From contig JAYZAC010000095.1 in assembly GCA_036339875.1 (NCBI GenBank), forward strand, positions 1 to 64,000: a stretch of DNA of 64,000 bases, in the 5' to 3' direction. Source of the stretch: a bacterium. GTDB lineage: Bacteria; Muiribacteriota; UBA6191. The notes under the pieces were generated by a model. It was not told the origin of the DNA and searched no databases. It saw only the letters and a list, made by a program, of their open reading frames with translations. Of the stretch, positions 49,294-58,034 are shown in pieces. The translations under genes and the position numbers were made by a program. Each line of letters opens with the position of its first letter. Position 1 is the first letter of the stretch.

Positions 49294-50686
49294 CTAGAAC
49301 CTTAGCCGCAGAGGCTTTGCTTTTGCGAGAAGCCACTACAGAATGCTTAGAAGTTTTTACCGACTTCTTAGTTTCTACACTAAACTTCAAGTCATCCTTT
49401 TTTCGATCATAGCCGATTCTTATTCCGTCGCCCTTCTTGAATGTGGAGCTTAAAATCATTTCAGCCAGAGGATTTTCCAAGGATTTTTGGATAGCTCTCC
49501 TCAGAGGTCTTGCTCCATATTTTTCATTAGTGCCCTGCTCTACTAGACACTGCTTAGCGCGTTTGGTTAAGCTCATGTTAAGACCAAGCTTTTTTAATCT
49601 ATCCTGAACTTCCTTGAGCATAATATCGATGATTTCTAAATTATCATTCATATCCAACGCTCGGAACAAAACTACCTCATCAATTCGGTTTAGAAATTCT
49701 GGTGGAAAGATCTTTTCTAGTGCTTTTCGCGTTTCACGATTCTTTACCTTATCATCAATTTCTTCCTTACTTCCCCCAAAACCGATTGCTGAACCCATTT
49801 GATCTATCTTATCAACTCCAATATTCGAAGTGAGAATTATAAGTGATTGATTAAAAGTCACTACCTGACCCTTACTATCAGTCAAGCGCCCCTCATCTAA
49901 AATTTGTAAAAGTAAATTGTGAACTTTACGATGAGCCTTCTCGATTTCATCAAAAACAACAATTGATTCAGGCTGTTTTTTAATAGCTTCGGTTAAGAAG
50001 CCACCATCATTATGACCAATATACCCAGGTGGAGCACCAATCAATTTTGCGTATTCGTGAGACATCGCGTACTCACTACAGTCAACTCTAATTAAATCTT
50101 GTGTACCGAATAAATATTTACTCAAAGCTTTACCAAGCTCGGTTTTACCGACACCAGTTTGACCAACGAAAATGAAAGAACCAATTGGCCGGTTAGGACT
50201 TTTTAGTCCTACTTTCGCTTTTCTCACAGCTTGCGAAACCACTTTTATAGGCTCATTTTGCCCAACTACAAAACGCCTTAATTCATTTTCCATATCAAGA
50301 TATCGCTCATCAGCTAAATTTTCTTTGGTGCTATCTGTGGCATCCAATAGCGGTAATCCCTCATCACCATCCATCAAAATAGTAATCTCTTTAATATCTA
50401 ATGATGGATTAACCTTGATACATAGATTGTATAGCTCCTGCTCGATAATATCTCCCAATAGAGGATAATCGCCCGAATTGAAAATACTCGGTGCAATTTC
50501 GTTAATATAATTCACCACAGAAGCATTAATAATTAATCTTTTGTAAGATTTCTTATCAGTAATCTTCGCGTTCTTGAAAAGGTCCCGCTGCTGAGCAGGC
50601 GAAAAAGACCTAATCGCCACGAAACGATCTAGACTTTCACAAAACTTCATTTTGATATTACCCGAAATGTTGTTGGAGGAACTCAT
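49286..50686 (-). CDS. Clp/Hsp100-family ATPase with only the second AAA+ module and an unrecognised N-domain
   Basis: VVGQ, RPIGSFIFVGQTGVGKT, D.SEY, LIGAPPGYIG, FDEIEKAH, DEGRLTD, TSN, IGF, PEFLNRID, GARPLRR. No first NBD and no Clp-N repeats. Start at 50686 or 50695. Confidence 0.9.
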   Translation of the reverse strand: MSSSNNISGNIKMKFCESLDRFVAIRSFSPAQQRDLFKNAKITDKKSYKRLIINASVVNYINEIAPSIFNSGDYPLLGDIIEQELYNLCIKVNPSLDIKEITILMDGDEGLPLLDATDSTKENLADERYLDMENELRRFVVGQNEPIKVVSQAVRKAKVGLKSPNRPIGSFIFVGQTGVGKTELGKALSKYLFGTQDLIRVDCSEYAMSHEYAKLIGAPPGYIGHNDGGFLTEAIKKQPESIVVFDEIEKAHRKVHNLLLQILDEGRLTDSKGQVVTFNQSLIILTSNIGVDKIDQMGSAIGFGGSKEEIDDKVKNRETRKALEKIFPPEFLNRIDEVVLFRALDMNDNLEIIDIMLKEVQDRLKKLGLNMSLTKRAKQCLVEQGTNEKYGARPLRRAIQKSLENPLAEMILSSTFKKGDGIRIGYDRKKDDLKFSVETKKSVKTSKHSVVASRKSKASAAKVLDE

Positions 50687-50691
50687 TGTAC

Positions 50692-50880
50692 TCACCTTGT
50701 CCGCATTTGTTTAATTTGGTCTTGCCTTAAACATTTTATCGACCAAATCAAGGGATTTGTTCGCTCTATCTCACTATTTATTTTACCACAGACCAAGTTT
50801 TCTTCCTCTTTTGGTAACTCGTAATAGGATCGAATAACTTGATCACAAACCTCAAGATCCATATACTCAGCAGGTTTCAA
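50692..50880 (-). CDS. Possible small protein upstream of the Clp-like ATPase
   Basis: 62-aa ORF fills the gap to trmL. Its TGA overlaps the GTG at 50695. No family recognised. Confidence 0.3.
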   Translation of the reverse strand: MKPAEYMDLEVCDQVIRSYYELPKEEENLVCGKINSEIERTNPLIWSIKCLRQDQIKQMRTR

Positions 50881-50892
50881 AAGGAATTAATA

Positions 50893-51396
50893 ATGGAATC
50901 TATCTTAACAGGACTAGAGTCTGCCAAACTCTTGAATGAGGACCTTAGTATCGCCCTATTTCAACCCGAAATTCCTGGTAATGTAGGCTCCATTGCTCGC
51001 TCATGTGTCGCTACTGATACACCGCTCATAATTGTAGGTCCGATACCTTTCCAAATAACACATTCAAGATTGAAACGAGCAGGCTTAGATTACTGGCAAC
51101 ATCTAAAATGGTGCTATATGGATACACAAAAACAGTTCTTTGAACTTTTTGGAGAACAGAGACTTGTTCTGACAAGCGTTAGAGGAGATCAACCATACCA
51201 TGAGTTTCAGTATCAAAAAGGGGATATTATAGTTTTTGGGAGAGAAACGCGAGGTCTCGACGAAACACTCATCAATGATCCTAAGCACAAAAGCATTTTT
51301 ATTCCAATGTGGGGTAAAACGCGCAGCCTTAATATAGCAAATTCAGCTACCACAATATTGTATGAAGCTCACAGGAAATTTGGATTCCCTGAATGA
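50893..51396 (+). CDS. trmL: tRNA (cytidine/uridine-34-2'-O)-methyltransferase, SPOUT family
   Basis: PEIPGNVG.IAR.C, LKRAGLDYW, FGRETRGL, IPM...RSLN. ATG 50893 after AAGGA. Confidence 0.93.
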   Translation: MESILTGLESAKLLNEDLSIALFQPEIPGNVGSIARSCVATDTPLIIVGPIPFQITHSRLKRAGLDYWQHLKWCYMDTQKQFFELFGEQRLVLTSVRGDQPYHEFQYQKGDIIVFGRETRGLDETLINDPKHKSIFIPMWGKTRSLNIANSATTILYEAHRKFGFPE

Positions 51397-51423
51397 TTTA
51401 GAATTAGTCCACACTCACAATCA

Positions 51424-52386
51424 TTAAATAGTTTTATATTTACTGAACAAAGCGGAAACCGACGTTCCCTCATGAATTCGCCGAATTGCTTTAGATAGTA
51501 ATTTACCTATACTTAAAACCTTAATTCGACTGGGATCATAATCTCCCCGAATAGATATAGTATTCGTAACTATAACTTGAGCTAACTTAGAACTAGAAAG
51601 CTTCTCGATAGCATTCGCAGAAAAAACTGGATGAGTACATGCGGCATAAACTTTGGTAGCACCCGCTTCCATGAGGGCATTTACACTATTTACAATTGAA
51701 CCGCCTGTATCGATTTCGTCATCAACCAGAATTGCAACTTTATCTTTTACATCTCCAATAATTCCATAGACAGCAGATCTATCCTTATTACCATCACGTT
51801 TTTTATCGATTATAGCCAAATCAGCTTCAAGAGCCCATGAGAAGGCTCGGGCCCTCTTAGCACCTCCAGCATCAGGAGATACCACAACCATATTTTCAAG
51901 TTTCAATGACTTTATATAGTCACAAATTACAGGCAGAGCGATCAATTGATCTACTGGCAAAGTAAAAAACCCCATCACCTGTTCAGAGTGCAAATCGATA
52001 GCAATTATACGATCAACCCCTGCCGCCGTTACTAGATCTGCTAGTAGTCTCGCTGTTATTGAAATTCTCGGCTGATCCTTCTTGTCTGAGCGTGCATAAT
52101 AGTAATAAGGCATTACCGCCGTAACTCTTCTCGCAGAAGCACGTTTTAATGCGTCAATCATTATGAGCATTTCCATAACATCATCGTTGACATTCTCACC
52201 TATGGTATGGATCACAAAACAGTCCATGTCACGTACATTTTCTTCAATTTTGACAAAGCTATTGGTGTTTTTAAACTTGAAGGTACTAGATCGACCTGGC
52301 TCAATATCTAGTCTTTCGCATACCTCATGAGCCAACTCACTGCCATATCGACCATAAAAAACTTTGAGTCTGTCTAAATACGCCAT
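51424..52386 (-). CDS. prs: Ribose-phosphate pyrophosphokinase
   Basis: MPYYYYARSDKK, DLHS.Q..GFF, VSPDAGG, VDDEIDTGGS, THPVFS. Confidence 0.97.
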   Translation of the reverse strand: MAYLDRLKVFYGRYGSELAHEVCERLDIEPGRSSTFKFKNTNSFVKIEENVRDMDCFVIHTIGENVNDDVMEMLIMIDALKRASARRVTAVMPYYYYARSDKKDQPRISITARLLADLVTAAGVDRIIAIDLHSEQVMGFFTLPVDQLIALPVICDYIKSLKLENMVVVSPDAGGAKRARAFSWALEADLAIIDKKRDGNKDRSAVYGIIGDVKDKVAILVDDEIDTGGSIVNSVNALMEAGATKVYAACTHPVFSANAIEKLSSSKLAQVIVTNTISIRGDYDPSRIKVLSIGKLLSKAIRRIHEGTSVSALFSKYKTI

Positions 52387-52408
52387 TTTATAGCCCCTTA
52401 CAGAAACC

Positions 52409-52786
52409 CTACTTATCCTTATCTTTGGGTGTCACATCAATCTCATCATCTTCTGAACTCTTCTTTTGTTCCTGCATCTGATAAGCTGCATTGATCTCTT
52501 CCTGTAAATTTTTCATTCGGTCTTGAATATCCTCAATAAAGGAGACTTTAGCACTTAATTTCTCCACAATTTTTTCTGCTGATAGGCTTTGAGATACAGA
52601 TGAAAAATAATCCTGACCAATTTCTGTAAATACTTTAAGCTGCTCTTCACTTAACTCACTCAGATGATTTTTGAGCTTGTGAAGCTCTAATTGAAAGTGA
52701 ATACTATCTTTGATTTCACCCGAGCGGGTCTCGACTTCATCCAAAGTTTTATTAAGACTATTTTTGACCTTATTCCACAAGTCCAT
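52409..52786 (-). CDS. Small coiled-coil hypothetical protein
   Basis: Amphipathic N-terminus MDLWNKVK, heptad-rich body, preceded by GGAG. Confidence 0.75.
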   Translation of the reverse strand: MDLWNKVKNSLNKTLDEVETRSGEIKDSIHFQLELHKLKNHLSELSEEQLKVFTEIGQDYFSSVSQSLSAEKIVEKLSAKVSFIEDIQDRMKNLQEEINAAYQMQEQKKSSEDDEIDVTPKDKDK

Positions 52787-52991
52787 GAACTCTCCAAAGG
52801 ATTAAAGCTGCCAAGTAACCAATTTACAATCCTTGCGGGCTCCAACTATATAACAGGAGTCCCTAGAAACAGAAACTATTTTTGACATTTTTAACTCCTA
52901 TCAGTAGGACTCAAAAAGGTTTGGCGAATATCGCACACATCGGTGTAAACTGGTGAACTTTATCCTCAGTTAACTACTCAAAAGGTTATTA

Positions 52992-53966
52992 ATGAATACT
53001 AATATTGAATCTACCAAGCAAGCGTTTTTCAAAGAACTTGAGCAGAGTAAAAGTATCGATGAGCTACTACGATTTAAAGGAGCCTACTTAGGGAAACAAG
53101 GTCAAATTAGTTCATTACTAGCCCAAATTAAGGAAGTTAAACCAGAAAAACGTGGAGAATTTGGACAGGCCGTTAATCAACTTAAAAAAGAAGCTACAGC
53201 CGCTTTTCAAAAAAAGAAAGCAGAGTTGGAGCAAGTTAAATCAAATATAGATAAAGTGGACCTGAGTATGCCAGGTACAGGATGTCCATCAGGAAATTTG
53301 CATCCTCTAACTCAAACTACAGAGCAAGTAATCAAAATCTTCAAAAAGTTAGGTTTTAGCGTAGAGTCTGGACCTGAAATTGAATCTGACTTCTACAATT
53401 TTGAGGCATTGAATATGCCCAAGCATCATCCGGCACGCGATATGCAGGATACCTTTTTTATTGACTCTAATCATGTACTGCGTACTCATACTTCGGGTAT
53501 ACAAATTCGTACTATGGAAAAACAGGAACCACCAATTCGTATTATTGCACCGGGTAAAGTATTCCGTGTTGATAGAGACACCACTCACTCGCCAGTTTTT
53601 CATCAAATTGAAGGTCTAATGGTTGACACTGATGTAAATTTTAAACACTTGAAATTTATGCTTAGAACCTTTATCCAAGAACTTTTTGGTTCCGACCGAG
53701 AAGTCAGATTTCGTCCTAGCTTCTTCCCTTTCACGGAACCATCTGCTGAGATGGACGTGATGTCAGAGCAAGGACAATGGATGGAAATTCTGGGTTGTGG
53801 AATGGTTGATCCGAATGTTTTCAAAGCCGTTGGAATTGACTCAAATAAATATACTGGCTGGGCTTTTGGGATTGGAATTGAACGCATTACAATGCTTAAA
53901 TATGGCATGACTGATATCCGGCCCTTTTTTGAAAACGATACTCGCTTTCTTAGGCAATTCATTTAG
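52992..53966 (+). CDS. pheS: Phenylalanine--tRNA ligase alpha subunit
   Basis: HPAR.MQDTF, LRTHTS, THSP.FHQ.EG, FPFTEPS, GFGIGIER-type motif 3. Confidence 0.98.
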   Translation: MNTNIESTKQAFFKELEQSKSIDELLRFKGAYLGKQGQISSLLAQIKEVKPEKRGEFGQAVNQLKKEATAAFQKKKAELEQVKSNIDKVDLSMPGTGCPSGNLHPLTQTTEQVIKIFKKLGFSVESGPEIESDFYNFEALNMPKHHPARDMQDTFFIDSNHVLRTHTSGIQIRTMEKQEPPIRIIAPGKVFRVDRDTTHSPVFHQIEGLMVDTDVNFKHLKFMLRTFIQELFGSDREVRFRPSFFPFTEPSAEMDVMSEQGQWMEILGCGMVDPNVFKAVGIDSNKYTGWAFGIGIERITMLKYGMTDIRPFFENDTRFLRQFI

Positions 53967-53974
53967 GAGGAGAT

Positions 53975-54961
53975 ATGTATCTTGGCATAGACTTAGGCGG
54001 CACAAAAACGGCCATCGGACTCGTAGAAAATAATGGCCTAATAAAACAACGCCATTCTTTCCCTTCGATAGCCAACGATTTTGAGGAATATTACGAGTCA
54101 CTTGAAAATCAAATCGAGTTATTTTTCAATAAACACAAACTCAATATCGATCAGGTAAAAGCTGTAGGGGTTGGATGTGCTGGACAAATTGAACTGTCGT
54201 CTGGAACTATATTCCATTCCCCTAATCTAAATTGGTCAAACGCACCATTGGGAAACAAATTACGCAAAACCTTCGTTAATGCGAGTGTAACTGTGGATAA
54301 TGATGTGCGAGCTGCTACACTGGGAGAATATCTATTTGGTCTTTCAAGTAGACCTACAGTTTACATAAATATATTTTTAGGCACTGGGATTGGCTCGGGA
54401 ATAATCATTGGTGACCGAATTTTACGCGGGTATACTAACTCAGCGGGTGAATTAGGATTGACAAGTATTGATTTCAGCGGTCCTCGACACTCGTCCGGTA
54501 ATCGTGGTGTTTACGAATATTACGGAAGTGGTACGGCGCTGGAGCGTTATGGACGCGAGCTTGCTCAATCGCAGTTAGAAGAGAATCCTAGACAACTGGG
54601 CGGTAATAGAATCTGCGATAAAACTGAATCGATTGAAGCTATAACTGGAAAATATGTCGGAGATTTAGCTGCTGATGGAAATACCGATGCAATCATGCTT
54701 GTTAAGAAAGTCGCTCAATATATCGGTGCTGGTATGGCGAATGTAATTAATTTCTTGAATCCTCAGGTAATAACCTATGGAGGGGGTTTAGCTGAAGTCG
54801 GTCCTATACTAACGGATACTATCTTGGAAACTGTAAAGGAAAGAGCTATTTCTACTGCTTATGAAAAAACCGATATTCTGAAGGCCAACTTAGGTAATGA
54901 TGCCGGCATCATAGGTGCAGCATTCTTACATCGCGTTAACGAATCGGGAGAGATCTCTTAG
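53975..54961 (+). CDS. ROK-family sugar kinase (glucokinase-like) without the Zn-binding Cys motif
   Basis: GIDLGGTK, DNDVRAA..GE, GTGIGSG, LGNDAGIIGAA. No N-terminal HTH. Confidence 0.9.
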   Translation: MYLGIDLGGTKTAIGLVENNGLIKQRHSFPSIANDFEEYYESLENQIELFFNKHKLNIDQVKAVGVGCAGQIELSSGTIFHSPNLNWSNAPLGNKLRKTFVNASVTVDNDVRAATLGEYLFGLSSRPTVYINIFLGTGIGSGIIIGDRILRGYTNSAGELGLTSIDFSGPRHSSGNRGVYEYYGSGTALERYGRELAQSQLEENPRQLGGNRICDKTESIEAITGKYVGDLAADGNTDAIMLVKKVAQYIGAGMANVINFLNPQVITYGGGLAEVGPILTDTILETVKERAISTAYEKTDILKANLGNDAGIIGAAFLHRVNESGEIS

Positions 54962-55924
54962 ATGAGTGAAGTACCCAAGACTTTGTGGATTTTGGATCTA
55001 GGCTCTTGGGCAGTGCGCCTGTTAAAGGTGCAAGCTCTAAATGGTGAACTCGTCAATTGGGAATCTTTCGACCACGTGCACCAAATAAGTATTAATAATA
55101 CTTTAAACTTTCAGCAAAACTATTTAAAGCAACTTCCTGGTGCGCTTGATCGACTGATTGAAAGATCTAATGTCAATGGTCCGATTCATGTCTTACTCCC
55201 ATCAAGTATTTTTACCTATGATTTCGGTTCTCAATATGAAAGTAACTTACTTTTACAGCTTGATGAGAATATCCGTCAAAAAATTAACCTGATGCTTGCG
55301 AAGAAAGGCCTAGAGGCCGCTTTTCTTGGATCCGGAATTTGTGCAGAAATCGAATATCTATGTAATAAAGAATTCGATCGATCTCAGAGAAATTTTCTGT
55401 TTTCAATCAACTATTCATCAAGCTACTTTGCAGAAATCATAGATGGTTCATTGAGTCGTTTCTGGCAAGACACATCCATCAATGGCATGCAATTAGACTC
55501 GATGATGCGAGACAAAATAAATTGTCCAGATTCAACTAAATCTATCCTCGATTGGAAAAAAAACGAATTTGCGCTACTACCTGTATTTCGGCCAATCCAA
55601 GAAAGACTTTCTGAATTTGAGGTTTTGAAAGATTTTTTATCGATTGTAGATTTACAGCTTAACCAATGGGAAACTGCCGATATTGATTCGACTATCTATC
55701 TTAGTGGTGGAGTTACCCAGTTAAGGAACCTTGACGCATACTTAGAGGGTACTAGAACAAACCAATATGAGTCGTTTTGTACAAGTTTTTTCAAAGAATG
55801 GCTTGAGAATACAACGCTGGGCTCCGACAATCAAAATGGATGGGCATCATGTTTTGCACATGCTGGGCTCATTCTTCAGCGGGAGAAAGCAAATGTCGAG
55901 TCGCGTAAAAGAAGATCAAGCTAA
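54962..55924 (+). CDS. Divergent actin-fold protein (PilM/FtsA-like)
   Basis: ILDLGSWAVR (phosphate-1-like) and IYLSGGVTQLRNL (adenosine-motif-like). Middle region unrecognisable. Confidence 0.55.
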   Translation: MSEVPKTLWILDLGSWAVRLLKVQALNGELVNWESFDHVHQISINNTLNFQQNYLKQLPGALDRLIERSNVNGPIHVLLPSSIFTYDFGSQYESNLLLQLDENIRQKINLMLAKKGLEAAFLGSGICAEIEYLCNKEFDRSQRNFLFSINYSSSYFAEIIDGSLSRFWQDTSINGMQLDSMMRDKINCPDSTKSILDWKKNEFALLPVFRPIQERLSEFEVLKDFLSIVDLQLNQWETADIDSTIYLSGGVTQLRNLDAYLEGTRTNQYESFCTSFFKEWLENTTLGSDNQNGWASCFAHAGLILQREKANVESRKRRSS

Positions 55925-56060
55925 TAAACAAGACTGGAGCCACTATGGCCTCCACCACAACTTTAATAGTCAACAAAATAAACGTAAACAATACGAATTC
56001 ACGGCATTTTTGACTGTAGCTTTGATGGTCTGTTTTTTTACAGGCTACTACTTCTTGTAG
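55893..56060 (+). CDS. Small tail-anchored membrane protein (55 aa)
   Basis: ATG 55893 after GGGAG. C-terminal TM FTAFLTVALMVCFFTGYYFL. Stop runs into the next gene's AGGAG. Confidence 0.55.
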   Translation: MSSRVKEDQANKQDWSHYGLHHNFNSQQNKRKQYEFTAFLTVALMVCFFTGYYFL

Positions 56061-56068
56061 GAGATTAA

Positions 56069-57175
56069 ATGGGCTTAAATACCCTACAACTTGAATTTGA
56101 AATTCAGAAAATTCTATACAAAGGCAATACTAAATTAGTTATTTATGGTCTACAGATAGCGCGTGAATTTAATATTTCAATACGTAAAGAAATAATAGAA
56201 AGCTTATTAAAATCTCCCTCTATAGAGGAAACACAAGCACTATTGCAATATCTTGTAGTACAGGAACCTTCCTCAATTTTTGATTACTGTCTAGTAATTA
56301 TAGAGCAATTTCCTGATCTCAGAGCTGATCTGGCAATCAAGGTTCTATTACTACCAAATATCCAGGCGCCCAATAACTCTCAAATAAAAAGAATTCTGAC
56401 ATTAATTAGTCGTAATGAAAACGATATGCAGACTTCATCCCTAATCAAAATACTTCATAATGCATCGGAGCAAATACCATTAAAATGGTTTGCTGCAATC
56501 CTCGAACACCGTAATTCAGAAGTAAGGATTGAGAGCACCCGCTTGATGGCTATTACAGCTAGAGAAGAATTACGTGAACTTTTGATTAAAGCCTGGAATA
56601 AGGAAGATAGGGGTAAACCATGGGCAGGTGTAGGTCTTTGGAAACTCGGTGATCCTAGATTCTTAAAATATGTAGAAAAAAACCGAACATCAATTAAGTT
56701 ACTAGCGTACTGCGGTCAAGATCCTCAAATTATCGAGATACTACGGTCCGAATTATTAAACTCTAATTGTCTCGAGGCGGCCTGGGCACTGCAAAAACTA
56801 GAAAATACTCAATCTGTACCTATAATTTTAGATAACAGTTTAGAAAAAGCTGGAACCGTTTTAGGTCTAAGTTTGTTTAATTTAGCTGAATCTATGGACT
56901 CAGAATATTGTATGAATACTCTTCAGCGAGCTATTGAACTGGAAGAAGTAAATATTAAAAAAAACAACTCACTGAGCAAACTTACTCAATTAGCACTCAG
57001 TACCCCTATTGCAATGGAACTAGAAAATAAATTAGCTCATCAAAAAATTCCAGAAAATAAAAAACAAGCTCTTGAATTAAACAATCTCAACCAAATTGAA
57101 CGCTGGCTAGCGCCCTTAATCTGGAAAAAATGGTCTGAAAGTAGAGATTACTTACCATCTCACATACCATGTTAA
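56069..57175 (+). CDS. HEAT-repeat-like helical protein
   Basis: HEAT-like units (LEHRNSEVRIESTRLM, A..GLWKLGD, AAWALQKL). Confidence 0.6.
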   Translation: MGLNTLQLEFEIQKILYKGNTKLVIYGLQIAREFNISIRKEIIESLLKSPSIEETQALLQYLVVQEPSSIFDYCLVIIEQFPDLRADLAIKVLLLPNIQAPNNSQIKRILTLISRNENDMQTSSLIKILHNASEQIPLKWFAAILEHRNSEVRIESTRLMAITAREELRELLIKAWNKEDRGKPWAGVGLWKLGDPRFLKYVEKNRTSIKLLAYCGQDPQIIEILRSELLNSNCLEAAWALQKLENTQSVPIILDNSLEKAGTVLGLSLFNLAESMDSEYCMNTLQRAIELEEVNIKKNNSLSKLTQLALSTPIAMELENKLAHQKIPENKKQALELNNLNQIERWLAPLIWKKWSESRDYLPSHIPC

Positions 57176-57179
57176 TATA

Positions 57180-58019
57180 ATGCCTACTGTAGCAGATTTA
57201 CATTCACACAGCATATATAGTGACGGTTCACTAACGCTCGATTCCGTTACAGAAACAATAAGAAATCGTCATTTGAGCGCCTTTTCAGTTACGGACCATG
57301 ACAGTCTCGAGTTTTACGGTCAAAACATACCACCTGATATCAAGAAACGACTGATACCAGGAACGGAGCTAAGTACTCATTTCAACAATCAATCTGTTCA
57401 TCTTCTCGTCTACTGCTCATGGCCAATACCACAAACGTTTCGCAAATTAGTGAAGGAATTTGCAAGCTATAGAAAAAATCGTTACCAACGAATCTGTCGG
57501 GATCTTGCCAAAACTTATCCTGAATGGAATTGGCATATCTCAGACCAGCAATCTAATTTTACAAGTAGGGCGTTATGCCAATTCATATCTGAGAAGACTG
57601 GAAATAGGTCCTTGAGATCCATTTATGACAATTATTTATCAAACATCAACATGGGCTATCAAGAATTCCCTGAATTAAGCGAATTACTTTTACGCCTAAA
57701 AAATATTGATACGGTTAAAAGCTTCATCGCTCATCCAGGTCATCGCGGTAAAACTTGGGAGTCCTTTTGGGCTCAATGGAAAGACTTAGGTCTTAGCGGC
57801 TTAGAATTAATTCATCCTACTCATAAAAAAAGTTTGAGAAATTATTATAAAAAAATTCTCAGACGAGAAGGTTTAGTTGCCTCAGGGGGTAGTGACTTTC
57901 ATTTCCCTAGAGGTGGCTCTGCGGGTCCAGGACGAATGGGACTAGATCAGAATCAATGGCAAAATTTCAAACAACAATGTGAAGTTCTTTGTTCGAAGAA
58001 TTCCTACACCAAAAATTGA
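57180..58019 (+). CDS. PHP-domain phosphoesterase (TrpH/YciV-like)
   Basis: DLHSHS..SDG, TDHDS, GTELS, HLL, AHP, GGSDFH. Confidence 0.92.
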   Translation: MPTVADLHSHSIYSDGSLTLDSVTETIRNRHLSAFSVTDHDSLEFYGQNIPPDIKKRLIPGTELSTHFNNQSVHLLVYCSWPIPQTFRKLVKEFASYRKNRYQRICRDLAKTYPEWNWHISDQQSNFTSRALCQFISEKTGNRSLRSIYDNYLSNINMGYQEFPELSELLLRLKNIDTVKSFIAHPGHRGKTWESFWAQWKDLGLSGLELIHPTHKKSLRNYYKKILRREGLVASGGSDFHFPRGGSAGPGRMGLDQNQWQNFKQQCEVLCSKNSYTKN

Positions 58020-58034
58020 TCTAGAATTGCTACA

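Noticed and set aside
47076..50695. mazG/Clp/TPR cluster as an anti-phage or toxin-antitoxin locus
   Set aside because: MazG is the ordinary tandem-domain type, no mazEF or defence genes are adjacent, and the context is housekeeping.
50839..50892. Longer TTG start for trmL
   Set aside because: ATG 50893 has an SD-like AAGGA and gives a more typical TrmL length.
52790..52991. T-box or attenuator, or sigma54 promoter, upstream of pheS
   Set aside because: No T-box consensus, terminator or Phe-rich leader peptide. TGGC...GC spacing is GG-N8-GC rather than GG-N10-GC.
55767..55892. N-terminal extension of the 97-aa ORF
   Set aside because: It overlaps the upstream gene extensively; ATG 55893 with GGGAG is the better start.
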